A DNA stretch of 63,959 nt, filler included, from Sphacelaria rigidula (Eukaryota), in assembly GCA_964200075.2 (NCBI GenBank). It is 8 parts of 8 records of this genome, joined end to end, with 100 filler letters (N's around TTAATTAATTAA, not from the genome) between each part and the next. Parts side by side here need not be neighbours in the genome. Positions count along the whole stretch, not along the records: positions 48,047 to 55,953 come from CAXNAA020013018.1; positions 56,054 to 63,959 come from CAXNAA020013019.1; 6 more parts are not named here. The stretch is one strand, 5' to 3'. Within the stretch, counting starts at the first letter, position 1. Each line of letters begins with the position of its first letter. The notes under the pieces are model-generated. The model had not been told where the DNA came from. It saw nothing but the letters and a program-made list of their open reading frames with translations, and searched no databases. The position numbers and the translations under genes are program-made. Below are positions 51,573 to 63,959 of the stretch, one piece after another.

Positions 51573-52910
51573 GGATCCTGCTCATTACCCTGTTTACATG
51601 AATGAGATTCGCCACCGCAACCATGTATCAAGTTACACTTTGTCAGCACCGACCGTACCAATATATTACGGACGAGTGCTGCCTGACACGGCACAGCACT
51701 TGTTTCTGACGAGTAATACCATCCACAGCTTACAGGATGCTGATACCCAACCGAGCGAATATGAACCACATATGGTCCGGTCTCGACACAATTACCACAC
51801 CTCCTGTCACATTCAAAACATTACACGAGCATGCATCGACCTAGGTGTTAACAGTGATAGATTTACTTTTCAACCAGTGGACAAGGTGGAGTTAAACGTG
51901 ACTAGATCTGGTGGTGCAACGACGAGCACATTTGTCATTCAGCGCGTGGTGTCGTGCCTTTCGGGTGCTTGAATGGGGCGTTTCTTCATATCTATATCTT
52001 CTCGCATATTTCACGACTTCTCGTCAACAACATTCTCGATAGCGGTTCAGCAGCACTGTCGCTTCGCCTTCCATGACCACTACCTCGCTTCCTACCATAT
52101 GTACTTAGAACTGTATCGTGTCTCACCTCCCCCTTGTTCCGCACTGTTGCTGACAAAAGTCGTATTACCGTCAGCGATGACGTCGCTCTCAAGGACATAA
52201 ATAGCACCTGCGGCGAGAGCAAGAAGGACGCACCGAGCCTTAAAATCCGCGTGAGGGACGGGTTGCCACACCTGCGCCGCTTTCTCCACGCAAAACACTT
52301 GAAACACGTTATAATGCGTGAAGGGACCGCGTGCATAAGGGACCGCATCGTAGTTCGAAACACCTCAAGATCGACGTATTTCGAAACCAATCGGACCAGT
52401 CCCTGCAGTAACCACGCTCTTGACCCTAAGCCCAACACTAACGCTATCAGCAGTAACCCTAACCATGGGGATGTCTGAATTCTGATGCGGTCCTCTCACG
52501 CATTACGACGCCGCCACTCTTCACTGCACTCTAAATCTCAGCAGCATCGTGGATCCTGCTTATTGCCCTGTTTACACGAGTGAGATTCACCGATGCAACC
52601 AAGAATCAAGTTACCGTTTGTCAGCACCAGCCGTACCTCATACATTACGGACAAGGGTTGCCTGACACGGTACCGGATCTCTTCCAAACGAGTAATGACA
52701 CCCACAGCTTGAAGGACACTGATACCCAACCGAGCGAACATGAAACATATATAGCCCGGTATTAACACTATCATGGTACTACTGTCAAAATCAAAACACC
52801 ACACAAAGATCCGTCGACCAAGGTGTTGACAGCCAAAGATTGGCTTTTCGACTAGTCGACGAGGTGAGTTCGAACGTTACTTGATCTGGCGGTGCAACGA
52901 CGAGTACATT
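51573..52910. repeat. Diverged direct repeat (~51573-51932 and ~52551-52910)
   Basis: Both copies start ggatcctgct.att.ccctgtttaca and end gatctgg.ggtgcaacgacgag.acatt. Confidence 0.7.
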
Positions 52911-52919
52911 GCAATTCAG

Positions 52920-54640
52920 AGGAAGTAGAGAGGCCCACGCGAGATGGATATCGAGTGAAACTATAGCAGGATGGGAGGAGTGTACTAAAGCTAGAAAGGA
53001 AGTAAAAAAGGTGGGACCGAAGAAAAAGAAGGAAGTATGAGAAGATGTGGTGAAAAAACAGATGGAGATCTCGATGGCGGGAGAAAACAAATATAGGTAG
53101 AGGTGAGAAGGACAACGAGAAACCAGGCAGGAAAGATGGACAAGTGGATAGCTACACTCTGGGCACAACGCGGTGATGATCAATAGTTCGAATGGCAAAA
53201 AACAAATGCCAGTCCAGTCAAGCACTATAGTATACTAGAAACACTAAAAACAACCGCGGAGTTCGACATAGAATTCGAAAAAGAAGTCAAGTCGTGGGCA
53301 CAGGCAAATACAGAGACGTCCAAACGGGAGGATAGTGGCCAGAAATAATTACAGTGAGAATTTATCAGAGATTAAGTAAAGGAGTGCGTAGCTAAACTCA
53401 AGGACGGGGAAATGCCCACATGTAGTGATATCTTACAAGGAGTTGCACAAGGATGTACGTTATCACCCACTTTATTCAAGGTATCCATGACTGACTTGAT
53501 ACGAGCAATAGAAGCAGCAAAGCAAGGGGTCAAGGGGTGTTAAGATATGGTATCAGAATTGATGTTCGCGGATGATTTTGTGGGGATTTTAGAAACATCA
53601 GAATTGCACAAACAGGTAGACAAGGCTCTAGAACACACTAGGAAATGAAGAGTGACAGCGAACGTTAACAAATGCGCGGTACTCGTCTGTAACGAAGATA
53701 AGAAAAACCCGGTAGAGTTCGAATGGAAGCGGGGAGAAGAAGACTTGCCGATCGTAGATTGCTATACATACCGTGGCGTGGAAATGTCAAGAAACTGATC
53801 TTGGGATACACATATAAGCAACATGATAGAGAAGGGCAAGACAGATAGGCAGGGTGGACGTGATCCTCAGAGACCCGCACCTCGACATTAGGATAAAGAC
53901 ATGTATCCTGATGAATGTGATCGTGCCAAAGCTGGAATATGCAGGAGAAGTACGGGAGGGGAACGTTAAGTTGGTGGAGAAGTTCGACATAGTACAGATG
54001 GCAGCAGCTAAGAAAATAGTTGGATGCTCGAAAACGACGAGTATACAGTTTTGAGAGCAGAGTTGAGGATGTACTCACTTAAAACAGAGACATGACAAAT
54101 TGCGATTGCATTATAGCTCAAAGAATCTGTAAAGAAATTGATCGCTAGCTACAGTTGACAAGGCTGTATGGGAGAAAAGTACGAAAGGGCATGCCATGAG
54201 GTGGGATGGAGAAGTCGAAAAAGTATGGAAAGAGATGGGAGGAAACCAAGACCTAGGCGCGGGGTACAAGAGACATGATAGGAATAAGGGGAAAAGGAGC
54301 GCTCAGAAGCAAAGTAGACGAAGAAGAACACCTGGAGTTATACGGGCGGTTGAGAGAGGGGATAGGGGTGAAATAAGTTTTGCATGGCCCCATGGACGCT
54401 GCTGAAAATATGAAACTGCCATTTCGGGTGGGGGACCTGGACCTGCTAGAAAAAAGAAAGAGATTTATCAGTCGTGATGTGGGGGAGAAAGTAGATTCAC
54501 CTGACTGCCCCTGTGGCAAAGCAATGGAGAGCAGAAGTCATATGTTGACAAAATGTAAACTATACAAGGAGGAACGGGACGTGCTAGAGGGGGAAATGCG
54601 AGACGTAAACGAAGATGACAAGAAATCGTTTGATGAGGTA
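52920..54640 (+). mobile_element. Degenerate LINE reverse transcriptase/ORF2 remnant
   Basis: DILQGVAQGCTLSPTLF (~53427-53480), LMFADDFVG (~53560-53586), Y.YRGV, PKLEYAGEV and a C-terminal CPCGKAMESRSHMLTKC. Many stops and frameshifts. Confidence 0.85.
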
Positions 54641-55417
54641 TACAGGTATGGGCGCGCCTGACCCCCCAAAATGAGCCAAAAACGTGTCACCGACCAAAAG
54701 CACGAACAGACCGCAGATCTTGTTCATCCCCTGAATATGCACGCCGTAAAATCACCCAAAGTACATCCGATTCGAGTGGGGTTGCCATTTCACGGTTTCG
54801 AAGTTTTCTTGTCCCGAAGTACGAACCACGGCGTGGCTCGGCTACTCACCGGCGTGTATTTGTGTAAGCTACGATGGTGGTGCTTAGTTTGGCGAAAACA
54901 GTTATGGTGATCGCAAAAATCGCAAAACACCTATACATTTTCCCACTGAATTCGTTATAAAACTCGGATGCTGGTGAGTTAAAAAATTCCAAGCACCAAA
55001 GTTGTAGCCGTGGTTTTGGCGCAAGTGATACAAATATTCGTTTCCCAATCGATGACCTTGGTCAGGAGTATTTTCTGAAACAGATTGGGCGATCAGCCCA
55101 AACAAGCGCCTCCAACACTCGCCAGTTTCCGCGACGTGCGAAAACCTCACCCCTGTCCAAGGGCCTCAGAATAGATTACACCCATGAATGACTCTTGATA
55201 GCGTAGATGGTTGATACATCGCATGTGTGGAATGTTTGACAGGTGTAGTATTTGAACGTTCGACCCAACCCCTAGAGGCTTCTGTGTCTGCGGATATTTA
55301 CCCCCATCTGTGCATCGCTTGTGATAGTGCCAAGAGTCGCGCTCGTTCTCCTGCACCCGGTGCCATCACCACGCTACCATTGATACAGGCTGGTCCGCCC
55401 AAGAAGCCACCAGGAAT

Positions 55418-55712
55418 GTTGAAACGCATTCTCTTCGCTCAATTTTGGATCGTCTTCAATGAAATTTTAACACGATGTACAGGACGTGCGAAGACCCAAC
55501 CTTTCTTCCCCTGTTTGCTTTTTTTCTCCGTGAGTTATTGGCAATTTTGCTCCGTAAACACTGTTCTGAAATGTTCCGCCGACAATAACTCACGGAGAAA
55601 ATATATATATATACAAGGGAGGAACGAAAGGGTATTTGCACACACATCCTGTACATCGTGTCAAAATTTCGTTGAAAACGATCCAAAATTGAGCGATAAA
55701 AATGCGTCATTC
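55418..55712. mobile_element. Fold-back MITE (~295 nt)
   Basis: cgctcaattttggatcgt...acacgatgtacagga is mirrored by tcctgtacatcgtgt...acgatccaaaattgagcg. Confidence 0.75.
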
Positions 55713-58700
55713 CGTCGACAAGCAGTTACTATGTGGAGATGGATCATCTCCTTTGACTTGACCAACCTCAGCCGGAACATCCACTTTGACTTGTCTTCTT
55801 CTACTCTCGGCTCAGAGGCCTTAGCGAACTGCTCGTTGGTTGGCACACCACTACCAGACGCCTTGGCGCACTGGGGGCCTCGTTTTCGTCCCATGTTGAA
55901 TACTGCGCGCCTAGTAAGACAGGTGTTGTTGTACGATCGCAACTTGTGCAGCANNNNNNNNNNNNNNNNNNNNNNNNNNNNNNNNNNNNNNNNNNNNTTA
56001 ATTAATTAANNNNNNNNNNNNNNNNNNNNNNNNNNNNNNNNNNNNNNNNNNNNTTTTTCTTTTTTTGCATTATTCGTTATTTTTTTTTTCTCTTTTCTTG
56101 TCTTTCTCTGGGGTTTCTTTCCCCCCCCCCCCCCCCCCTCAAGGGTCTTCTGACTACAGCATGCATGATCATGAGTACGCACTCCCTCAAGCCGGACGTA
56201 CCTTTCCCCCTTCGCCAGGCCTCACCCAGAATACGAGCTTGTCCTGAAATCGAGGGAATGGTCGCTGACCTCAAGTTGTCAAGAGCCCCTTTATGTGAAG
56301 TGTCTCTGGTACTGCCAACGAACGGACTACTCAGAATAATCAACTGCAGCACCAACTAAATTCGACATTTGATTGTCCCAGGATATGTTCTTTTTGCTTC
56401 CACTTCTAACTCACCCCCTCCCGTCGGGATGCGTCTGTGGTGTCCAGGTGACAGACCCAATCCATCTCCACCTCGGTACAGTACACGCCTTATATTTAGG
56501 TATCATCGCGGATTGGATCATGACCAGCAGTCCCGCGTCACGTCGACTGCCATCCAACAAACTCAGCCAAACAGACTCTATTTGCTACTCACGCTCCCAC
56601 GCTTTCGACGACAGATATCACAATACTCCAAGAAAAAGAGCTTGACTAGACGCATCTGGCGAGAGTTGAACCGGCGCTTTTCCCGCCGCAATGGTGATGT
56701 GGACATACAAACAGACCACCGGGGCGTGACAGGATGCGAAACTACCAAGGGAGTGTCGGATAGGGTATACCCGATATTGTTGGACTGCTGAAAAGTCGCA
56801 CATCACCTGCCGAAGCCAGTCAAGATGATGACTTGTTTGGGCTTCAGGGAGTGGAGCAACAGCACTTGGCTGGCTGCTGCTGTGGACATGGGTCGGATAC
56901 CTACTTTTTCAAAATACCAAGACATCGGGTACACCGTGCCCGACACGCCCTTGGAAACTATACTCGGCAACAGTCTACGACATACAAACCACAGCTGGAT
57001 CTGAAGCCTAGCGGATCAGTTCAACAATCAACCAACCGATCAATCGTCAAATCAACCGAATAGGTCACGCAATGGTACCGCTACAGCACGCCATAATTAC
57101 CGCAGCGAGTTCCAGCTGCCCTCGGAAGACTTTGGAGTTGGGCACCGAGCCTATGCCAATCAGAACCACGCGCGCCGGTACGTGGATCTACGCAAAGCAC
57201 GCACGCGGTAGGAGAGATGGAGACGATGTGAGCAATACAAAAATGGGGAGAAAGGGATGGGGAGGGGGCGGGGGGGGGGGGTTCATCATGAGTTTGTTCT
57301 TATATAGCAACAGTGCAGCAATTCGGATGTATGTGTGAAGCAACAAGAGCCATCTCCCTTTCAACGAGCAGAAGCCGTGCGAATACTATTTATACATTCC
57401 CGTGGCTTGGTCAACCCTGTTCCACGCGAGACAGTGACATGCGACATACACACCTACCTCTCATCCTGCCGCGGGAGCTTAGGCGAGTCGCCAAATCCAT
57501 GATTCATGAGGCATGTTTGCTCGAAAGAGGGACAAAACTTGGCCGAGGGTGAAAAACATCTCCATGAGAATGTTGCACTATTGCACGCGCCAGGGGTGCA
57601 TCGCTGAAAACGAAGCCCAAGAATTGATCCGTGCAGTGCGAATCAATTATACCAAACGCAAGCAATCATCAGACCAATCCTCAGTCGTTCGATCCTTGTA
57701 AACGTTGACCACACACACCACAGTGCAGTAGAGTAGGCCGCTGTTCCCTGTATGTTGCTGGAACTCTATCATGATGACGTGACCTGCAATAACTTTGATT
57801 GGGATATTGGACCGCCACAGTTTTATACTTGGGACTGGTATCTTACCCGTAACTACATACATATTCCAAATACGGGTAGGCCGCGGGGAGGCGCGGCGGG
57901 TACGCGGAGGGTCGGTTGTAAAAAGTGATCCTTATGAGCGGCATGGAAGATGCTTCCCGACCGAAACAAGCGTCGGTATTCGTCGATCAAACGTGCGCGA
58001 TCGCCGTTTGCATCAGTCACACGTGGACGATGAGGCGAAGGGTAGAGAGACGGGGGGGGAAGGGGGGACACCCTGGCACTTGCGGACCAGTCAAGCACTT
58101 ACTTCATGGATCATGGCAACGCAATCTGAGAAGAAAGGGGAAGAGGGGGTAGGGTGGCTTGGGTAGGAGGGCTGTACTCATGATCTTGCATGCCATAGTC
58201 ATAAGACCATTGACCTCGCACGCCTACAAAGCCGGGACGGAGCACGCCGGGTTTCCGCCTGACCGAGCTCACAATCAATCCCCGAGCGCGAAGCGCCGTG
58301 GGGTGTGCTTGGTGAGTCGCATTGAGGGGTGAGCTGCATCTCGCCAAGACTGTTCGGCCCGAAGCGTACTGATTGTCTCGCGTTTGGATGACAGCCTCCA
58401 ATGGGATGCTTGATTTTCTGGCATCGCCGCTTCCAGAGACAGCCACGGCTTGTACACTGCCGCATGGGTGTCTCACCACCGTAGGGTGGGTAGGGGGGAG
58501 GGGGGGATACCAGGGGCTTTTCGAAACGAGATGAGACTTGCTGTCCTTTCGAGGGCGATGGTGAGGAAATTCACGCCCTCTCGAAGGCTGCCGCACAGGA
58601 ATATTAGGAATGTGTCGAGATGGCACGATAACAACGCCCCGAAAAACACGACGGTACGGGAAGGGACGGGATTGATGGTTTTTGATTGAGTGTGGCTCTT

Positions 58701-59259
58701 TGACTGATCCTCCAGGGGTTCAGCCGTGGTCGCATGATAGACGTACCCAAAAAAAGCAAACTGAAACACTCGCTGAAGAAGAGAAGGAACAGAATAAAAG
58801 TCGAACAGAACGACAAAGTGGACTGGGACGTAAAATAATAGTAATCATAAAAAAAAATCAACAAAAGCAAAGCACAAAAAGAAATGGCCGACAAAAGAAG
58901 GGAAAAGAAGAGCAAAAAGAAAAAAAAGGAATAAAATATATACTTTTTGAAGTCCAAGGGATTCAGGGCAGCAGAGTAGATACAGACACACACCAGTGGG
59001 CACCGCAGAGCCACCGACTACGGACGTAATCAACAACCGATATGAGTAGACAGGATTCTTCGATTGGCGGCCCTCGACTCAGCAGCCTCTCGCTTGTGAC
59101 GGCGGTCTCATTATCATTTGTCCGCGGGTCGCCACGTGCCCTCAAAATATTCCGCTCCTTTTTCGACTCCAATATGCCATTTTCCCATGTTCTTCGCCGC
59201 AGTGACTCAATCGTATGCATCGCTAACCTCTACACCGTAGACGAACCCCATTCGTCGGG

Positions 59260-62200
59260 CTCATTTGTGCGGGACAGCCCCTAGCGCTCGTATGTTCTCC
59301 TTTCGGGTATCCTGCCACTGCTTGGGGGGACGGCCGGCCTTCTTGGGTCCGCGTGTGGAAAACCGGCCGTTCATGACCCGCTCAGGAAGGCGTGTGTCTT
59401 CCTGCCGGACAAGGGCTCCCGCGAACCAGAGTTGACGTTTGCGGATAGTCGTCTCCATACGTTCGCAGTTGGTCATCTCAAGCACTGTTCTCTACGAAAG
59501 AGTCTTGTAGCCATTTCGATCCTTCCCGAGGAATCCAACCACTTGCAGCAAGAGCTTGTGATGGGCAGTCCGCATACTGTCGAAGTCCTCATGACGTAGC
59601 GTCTATGTGGCACATCCACACAACGGAGCTTTTGGCACCTCCGCTTTATGCAGTCGAACTTTCAAGGATAGCTCGGCGTTAGGTCCGTAGTAAAGTTGGG
59701 AGCTATATATATACCGTTGACCAGCAGATTTGATACCCAGGGCGGCCTCCGTGGGACTGGATACTGATCAAAGGCGCATGGACCCTTACTCTTGGAGATC
59801 ACCAGGCCGAATTCCTGGCAGGTCATCACTATCACAGCCATCATTCAAGCAAGGTCTTCTGCGGTCCTTGAGACTATGCCGAGGTCGTCCGCATAACGCA
59901 TTGCCCACACCGCACGTCACACTTTTTCCAGCGGTATCTAGTCCACGGGTTCATCACCTTCACCTCTTGGCGCATCATCTAGGAAGACCAAGTGTGAGAC
60001 GATGACTGGGTCTGCCGCAAACCGCTGGACGATCACTTCCACCAAGCCTGCTCCGAAGATGCTGAACAACAGCGGAGACGGAACGCAAGCTTGTCTGAGT
60101 CCCTGGCAGACGTCGAACCACGCTGATAGTTCGCCACTATCCAGCTGTACCCGAGCTCGCATGCCGTCGTGAAACATACGGATGATCTTGATCATTCGCG
60201 ATTGAACTCCGAACCGAGCAAGCACTTCTCACAGGAACGTGCGGTCTACAGAATCGTAAACTTTCTGCATATCGATAAAGCACATGTTCATTGGGACGTT
60301 ACTCGCCCGTCCCAACTCCTGGAGTCGGTGTACTACGAGCATCATGTCTGAGGTATATCTTTGGCGCCTAAATTCACACTGCTCTTCCGAAAAGACAACT
60401 GTTTCCTCACAAAAATTACCGAGCATGTTGGCTACGATTATGAGGAGAACTTCAGCAGTATATGCCACAAGTGAAATGCCTCTGTAGTTACTACACTGGG
60501 TACTATCTTGTTTTGTGCAGCACTTTGATGTTGACATCTTTCCATTCTGGCGGCACCTTGCCAGATGTCCAAACAGCAGAGAAGATGCTGTGGAAGTGGG
60601 ACAGAATGTCTGACGCCTACCCGTTGAGTCCAGGCTTCAGGATTTCAGCAGGAATACATACCATCCGGACCGGTTGCTCTGTCGTTCGACATAGCTTTCA
60701 GAGCCCCCTCAGTTTCACTTGGGCTTGGTGGGTCTCCTACTAACAGCGCTACTGGTCGTTGAGCGATCTTCTCGCTGACGGTGCGGTCGATAGTTGCCGA
60801 TATGGCATTCAGCAATGTGGAGAAGTACGTTCCCATCTCCAACTGATCAAACCTTTGCGGCGCAGTAAAGTGCCGTCCTCAACTCGAATGTACTGCTCAC
60901 TCTCGATTGGTCGTCCAGACAGTCTCCACCCTTTGTTGAGATGTCTGTATCATCCTCTCATGTCCCCCGCTCGAGTATACTCGTCTAGTTCTCTAGCACA
61001 CATATCTATATATTTGTCCACTTCAACTTGGATCACCTCTTTGATCACTTTGCATGCATGATGCTCGCAATGTGCACCATGCGGATTGATCTCGAGATGA
61101 TCCCAGTCTCACCGTTGATCTCGTCCTTTCCCTCTCCATCCAGGCCTGTTCGAATTCCGTTCTGATTTCAGCACCCTCGAACCACCCCGGTATACGTGGT
61201 TTTCAGGTCAGAAGGGGTACCACCTTTTCAGCGGCACTCAAGAGTACGTCGGCAAAGTTCGTAGCCAGTGAACTAACTGTATCACCAGGTATACTCCGTT
61301 TGAGCTCGCTGATGATGAGCTGGGTGGGCTGCTTACGTCTGTCGGGGTCAGATACTATTGCCCGTCTGTCGATCGGTGTACCCCCAATTGGAATTCATTT
61401 AGGTCTGTTGTGTGCGAAGCGACCAAGGAGCCGCACTGAAGCGCACGCGATGTTGTGGTCAGAGTCCGGCGAGTTGGGGGATTGAAGGTAGACGGTGACA
61501 TTGCGAACAAGCCTGCGGTGATCTTCCCGTGCGATGGTGTAGTCAACGCGTTTTTTGTCCGCGGGGCGATTCGCAACACCGTTGAACGTACGCGATGTGT
61601 TTCCCGTGGGGGTAAAAAAGAACGTGTTGACCAGGGAAAGCCTGCTGTTGCCTGCAAATTGCATAAGAGATGTGCCATTATTGTCGTTGGATCGGGAGCT
61701 TCGGCCGTATGCTCCTAAAATTTCACGTCCCTCAGTCCAGTCCTCGCGTTAGCGTCCATTTAAGTAAACAGGTGATGTTTGTGGGGGATACGGTTCACAA
61801 TGCCGTCTAATTCAGTCCAGAACACATCTCGTTTCTCTTGACTGTGGCGTGTCTGTCAGGGCATGCGCGACTACAAACGTAGCAGTATTTGATTCACCCG
61901 TTGGGTTGAAAGTCATCGATATGAGGCATGCGCTGAGAAGTGTCGGAGTCCACGTCGCCTTGCTGATGATCGACTCCTTGACCGCCAACCCAACCCCATG
62001 TTGACCAGTCCTTCCCTTACCCTCCTCTGCCCCGCAGCAAAAGATACGATATCCGGACGCACAAAGTTCGGATCGACCTGGCCTCCTCGTTTCCTATAGC
62101 CCGATGACGTCACATCCGACTACCCGACATGTTTGCAGGACCACCTCAGCATGGCCAGCTCCGTTCTTTCCCGTGAGGAACAGTGTACGGACGTTGGAGG

Positions 62201-62530
62201 TATCCACGTTGAGCTCTCCACTACGCGACCCAGCTTCAGCCTTCTCTATATTTTTGCGTCTTCCTCTTCGCTCTGCTCTCCTTCTTAGTCTGTTCCGCCT
62301 CCTGATTATACTAGCGAGCTTTTTTCTGCTCCGATTTTGTTTTGGCACGTCTATCACGGTACTTGCCTTGCTTGATGATCTCGCGGGGAGGGTGCAGCCT
62401 TCCCATCCCACGTCGGTCGCTATCTCCAGTCCGCCGAATCTGATACTTACTCACACGTGTCTCATCTCCATCAACGTACTTTCCGTGACAGTGTCTCAAC
62501 GCTGGGTAAAAAGCTGCAGCTGCGGGGTTC
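59260..62530 (-). mobile_element. Near full-length degenerate RTE-clade LINE (APE endonuclease + RT)
   Basis: APE motifs SNVRTL...DVIGL.ETRR and RVDY...DSDHN. RT motifs [43 protein letters not shown] and YADD, plus C-terminal RQLWFAGAL...GRPPKQW. Multiple frameshifts. Confidence 0.92.
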
Positions 62531-62566
62531 ATTCAATTCCCATTCTGGGGTAGAATTCCGAAGCTG

Positions 62567-63270
62567 CAGGGTTGAGCCTGGAAGGGACGGGAAGCCGGGT
62601 ACGGGACGGGACGCCAGTGCAGCGTCCCGCCCCGTCCCGTTCCGTTGTCACGAGAGGGGATAAGCACTTCTCGCGAGATTCTTGTCTCGTTACATCCCAT
62701 TATCGTCCCGTTTTGTCCCGTCTTCAGGAGAAAAAGAAGGTCCCGTGATATTCTTGTCCCGCCCCGTCCCGTCGTCACGAGGAATGTGTATCCTGACCCG
62801 GAATTGTGTGTGCCGAGACCATAATTTTGTGCAGGCAATGCCTTCTCCCATCAGCAAAGGAAGAACGTCGTAGATTTTACCCCTTTGCTGATCATATCAC
62901 ACACATCTGGCGGAGATTTGAATATACCCCAAGATATCTTCCATACCCCGTGAGATTGAACGGGACTGGCCATTCCACCGACGGGACGTCCTGTGAAGAG
63001 ACGAAACGAGATTTCCCGTCAAACATGACGAGAAACAGACACTAGCGTCTCGTCAGGACGGGACGGGAACGACAAAAAACAAGATAGGATCGGGACGGAA
63101 CGGGAGCTTCACTCGTTCCTCGAATAAACAACGAGACGGGAAATTTGGGAGTATGTCGGGACAAGACGGGAGGTCTTCCCCGTAAAAATCGACGAGACGG
63201 GACGGGACATGCCTTGGTTTTTTCCGGTAAGACGTTTCCCCCATGGAGACCCCTGCGGGAATCAACGCTG
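62567..63270. mobile_element. Probable non-autonomous TIR element with GGGAC/GTCCC subterminal repeats
   Basis: Dense gacgggacggg/cccgtcccgt motifs in both orientations. Imperfect ends CAGGGTTGA / TCAACGCTG, with no TSD seen. Confidence 0.5.
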
Positions 63271-63959
63271 ACATCATGCGTAATCATGTACAGGTGAAGG
63301 CAAAGTGTCGCGTGGAGCATTGTCCGGGTGTGGACCAGGGGTATCGCTTAGCCCTTTCGGTACTGGCAATGGAAAAGTGTGGATTTCGAGGTGCTATTTT
63401 TTTTCAAGATATTATGGTTGAGTTTTTACAGCTTTTCCGCAAAATTAAACGGCCCGACCCGTATAAAAGTATGACCCAGTACCGTACGGGACTCTGAATA
63501 TAGAAAAGAGAGAGGTGGTGCTGATTCTTTATCGTCTAGACTTCAAGCATCCAAGTGCTAATTTTGGCTGTGTGCATATACTTGAAAAAACTTTATCCGT
63601 TGCGTCCCTCACTGGATAAAACTAATCTGACTGCACCGGGGTGATATTTTTGGCGCGCATGGCGTGTGCTGGTGGATTTTTCTGTGGCCTTCCGCCGTGA
63701 AAATGGTTGCCGTCGGTCTTTTCTGTTCCCGTATCCCCTTCCTCGTCAGGGCTCGAAATAATGAGGCGTCTGGCCACGGAAGGGGGTGGTTCTCAAAGGG
63801 TTAAGCAACTCTTTGGTCCCGACAATCAGTATCGCGCGGCCAGACAATCAATGAATAGATCAAATAGATCAATTCACCCGTCGCGCCGGTCGCCCCGGTG
63901 GCTTAGTTGGTAAACTCGTAACCTTCTGATGGTTGAGTTGTGGGGTTCGATTCTCGGAG

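Noticed and set aside
55661-55942. MGRKRG... ORF as a transposase N-terminus
   Set aside because: Too short, interrupted by a MITE, and no BED-finger or DDE residues are identifiable.
63888-63959. tRNA gene (also 25111, 33906, 29430, ~24360)
   Set aside because: A/B boxes are present, but there is no clean cloverleaf, and most copies continue into a shared SINE body.

Overview
This is eukaryotic, repeat-rich nuclear DNA, most likely from a brown alga (Phaeophyceae). That assignment is inferred from an EsV-1-7 repeat protein, the histone H3 sequence and long GT-AG introns. The window is not contiguous: seven identical 100-nt linkers (N44-TTAATTAATTAA-N44) split it into eight ~7.9 kb pieces, so nothing should be read across a linker. 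Host genes reconstructed by hand are three exons of SUGP1/SF4, a 5'-broken EsV-1-7 repeat ORF, a divergent histone H3 / three-exon histone H1 pair, and the 3' exons of a TTLL6/7/13-like tubulin polyglutamylase. The rest is mostly decayed LINEs, LTR gag remnants, tRNA-derived SINEs, MITEs and a MITE-containing satellite. The most interesting signals are: (1) a 28-nt histone 3' stem-loop motif with a 5-nt loop and a purine-rich downstream element, shared by H3 and the intron-containing H1; (2) related retroelement 3' ends that finish in GAGTAC at poly-C tracts, with target duplications; (3) a 3.1 kb composite hAT-like element with an exact 8-bp TSD; (4) a MITE carrying (CCCTAA)n telomere-type repeats.
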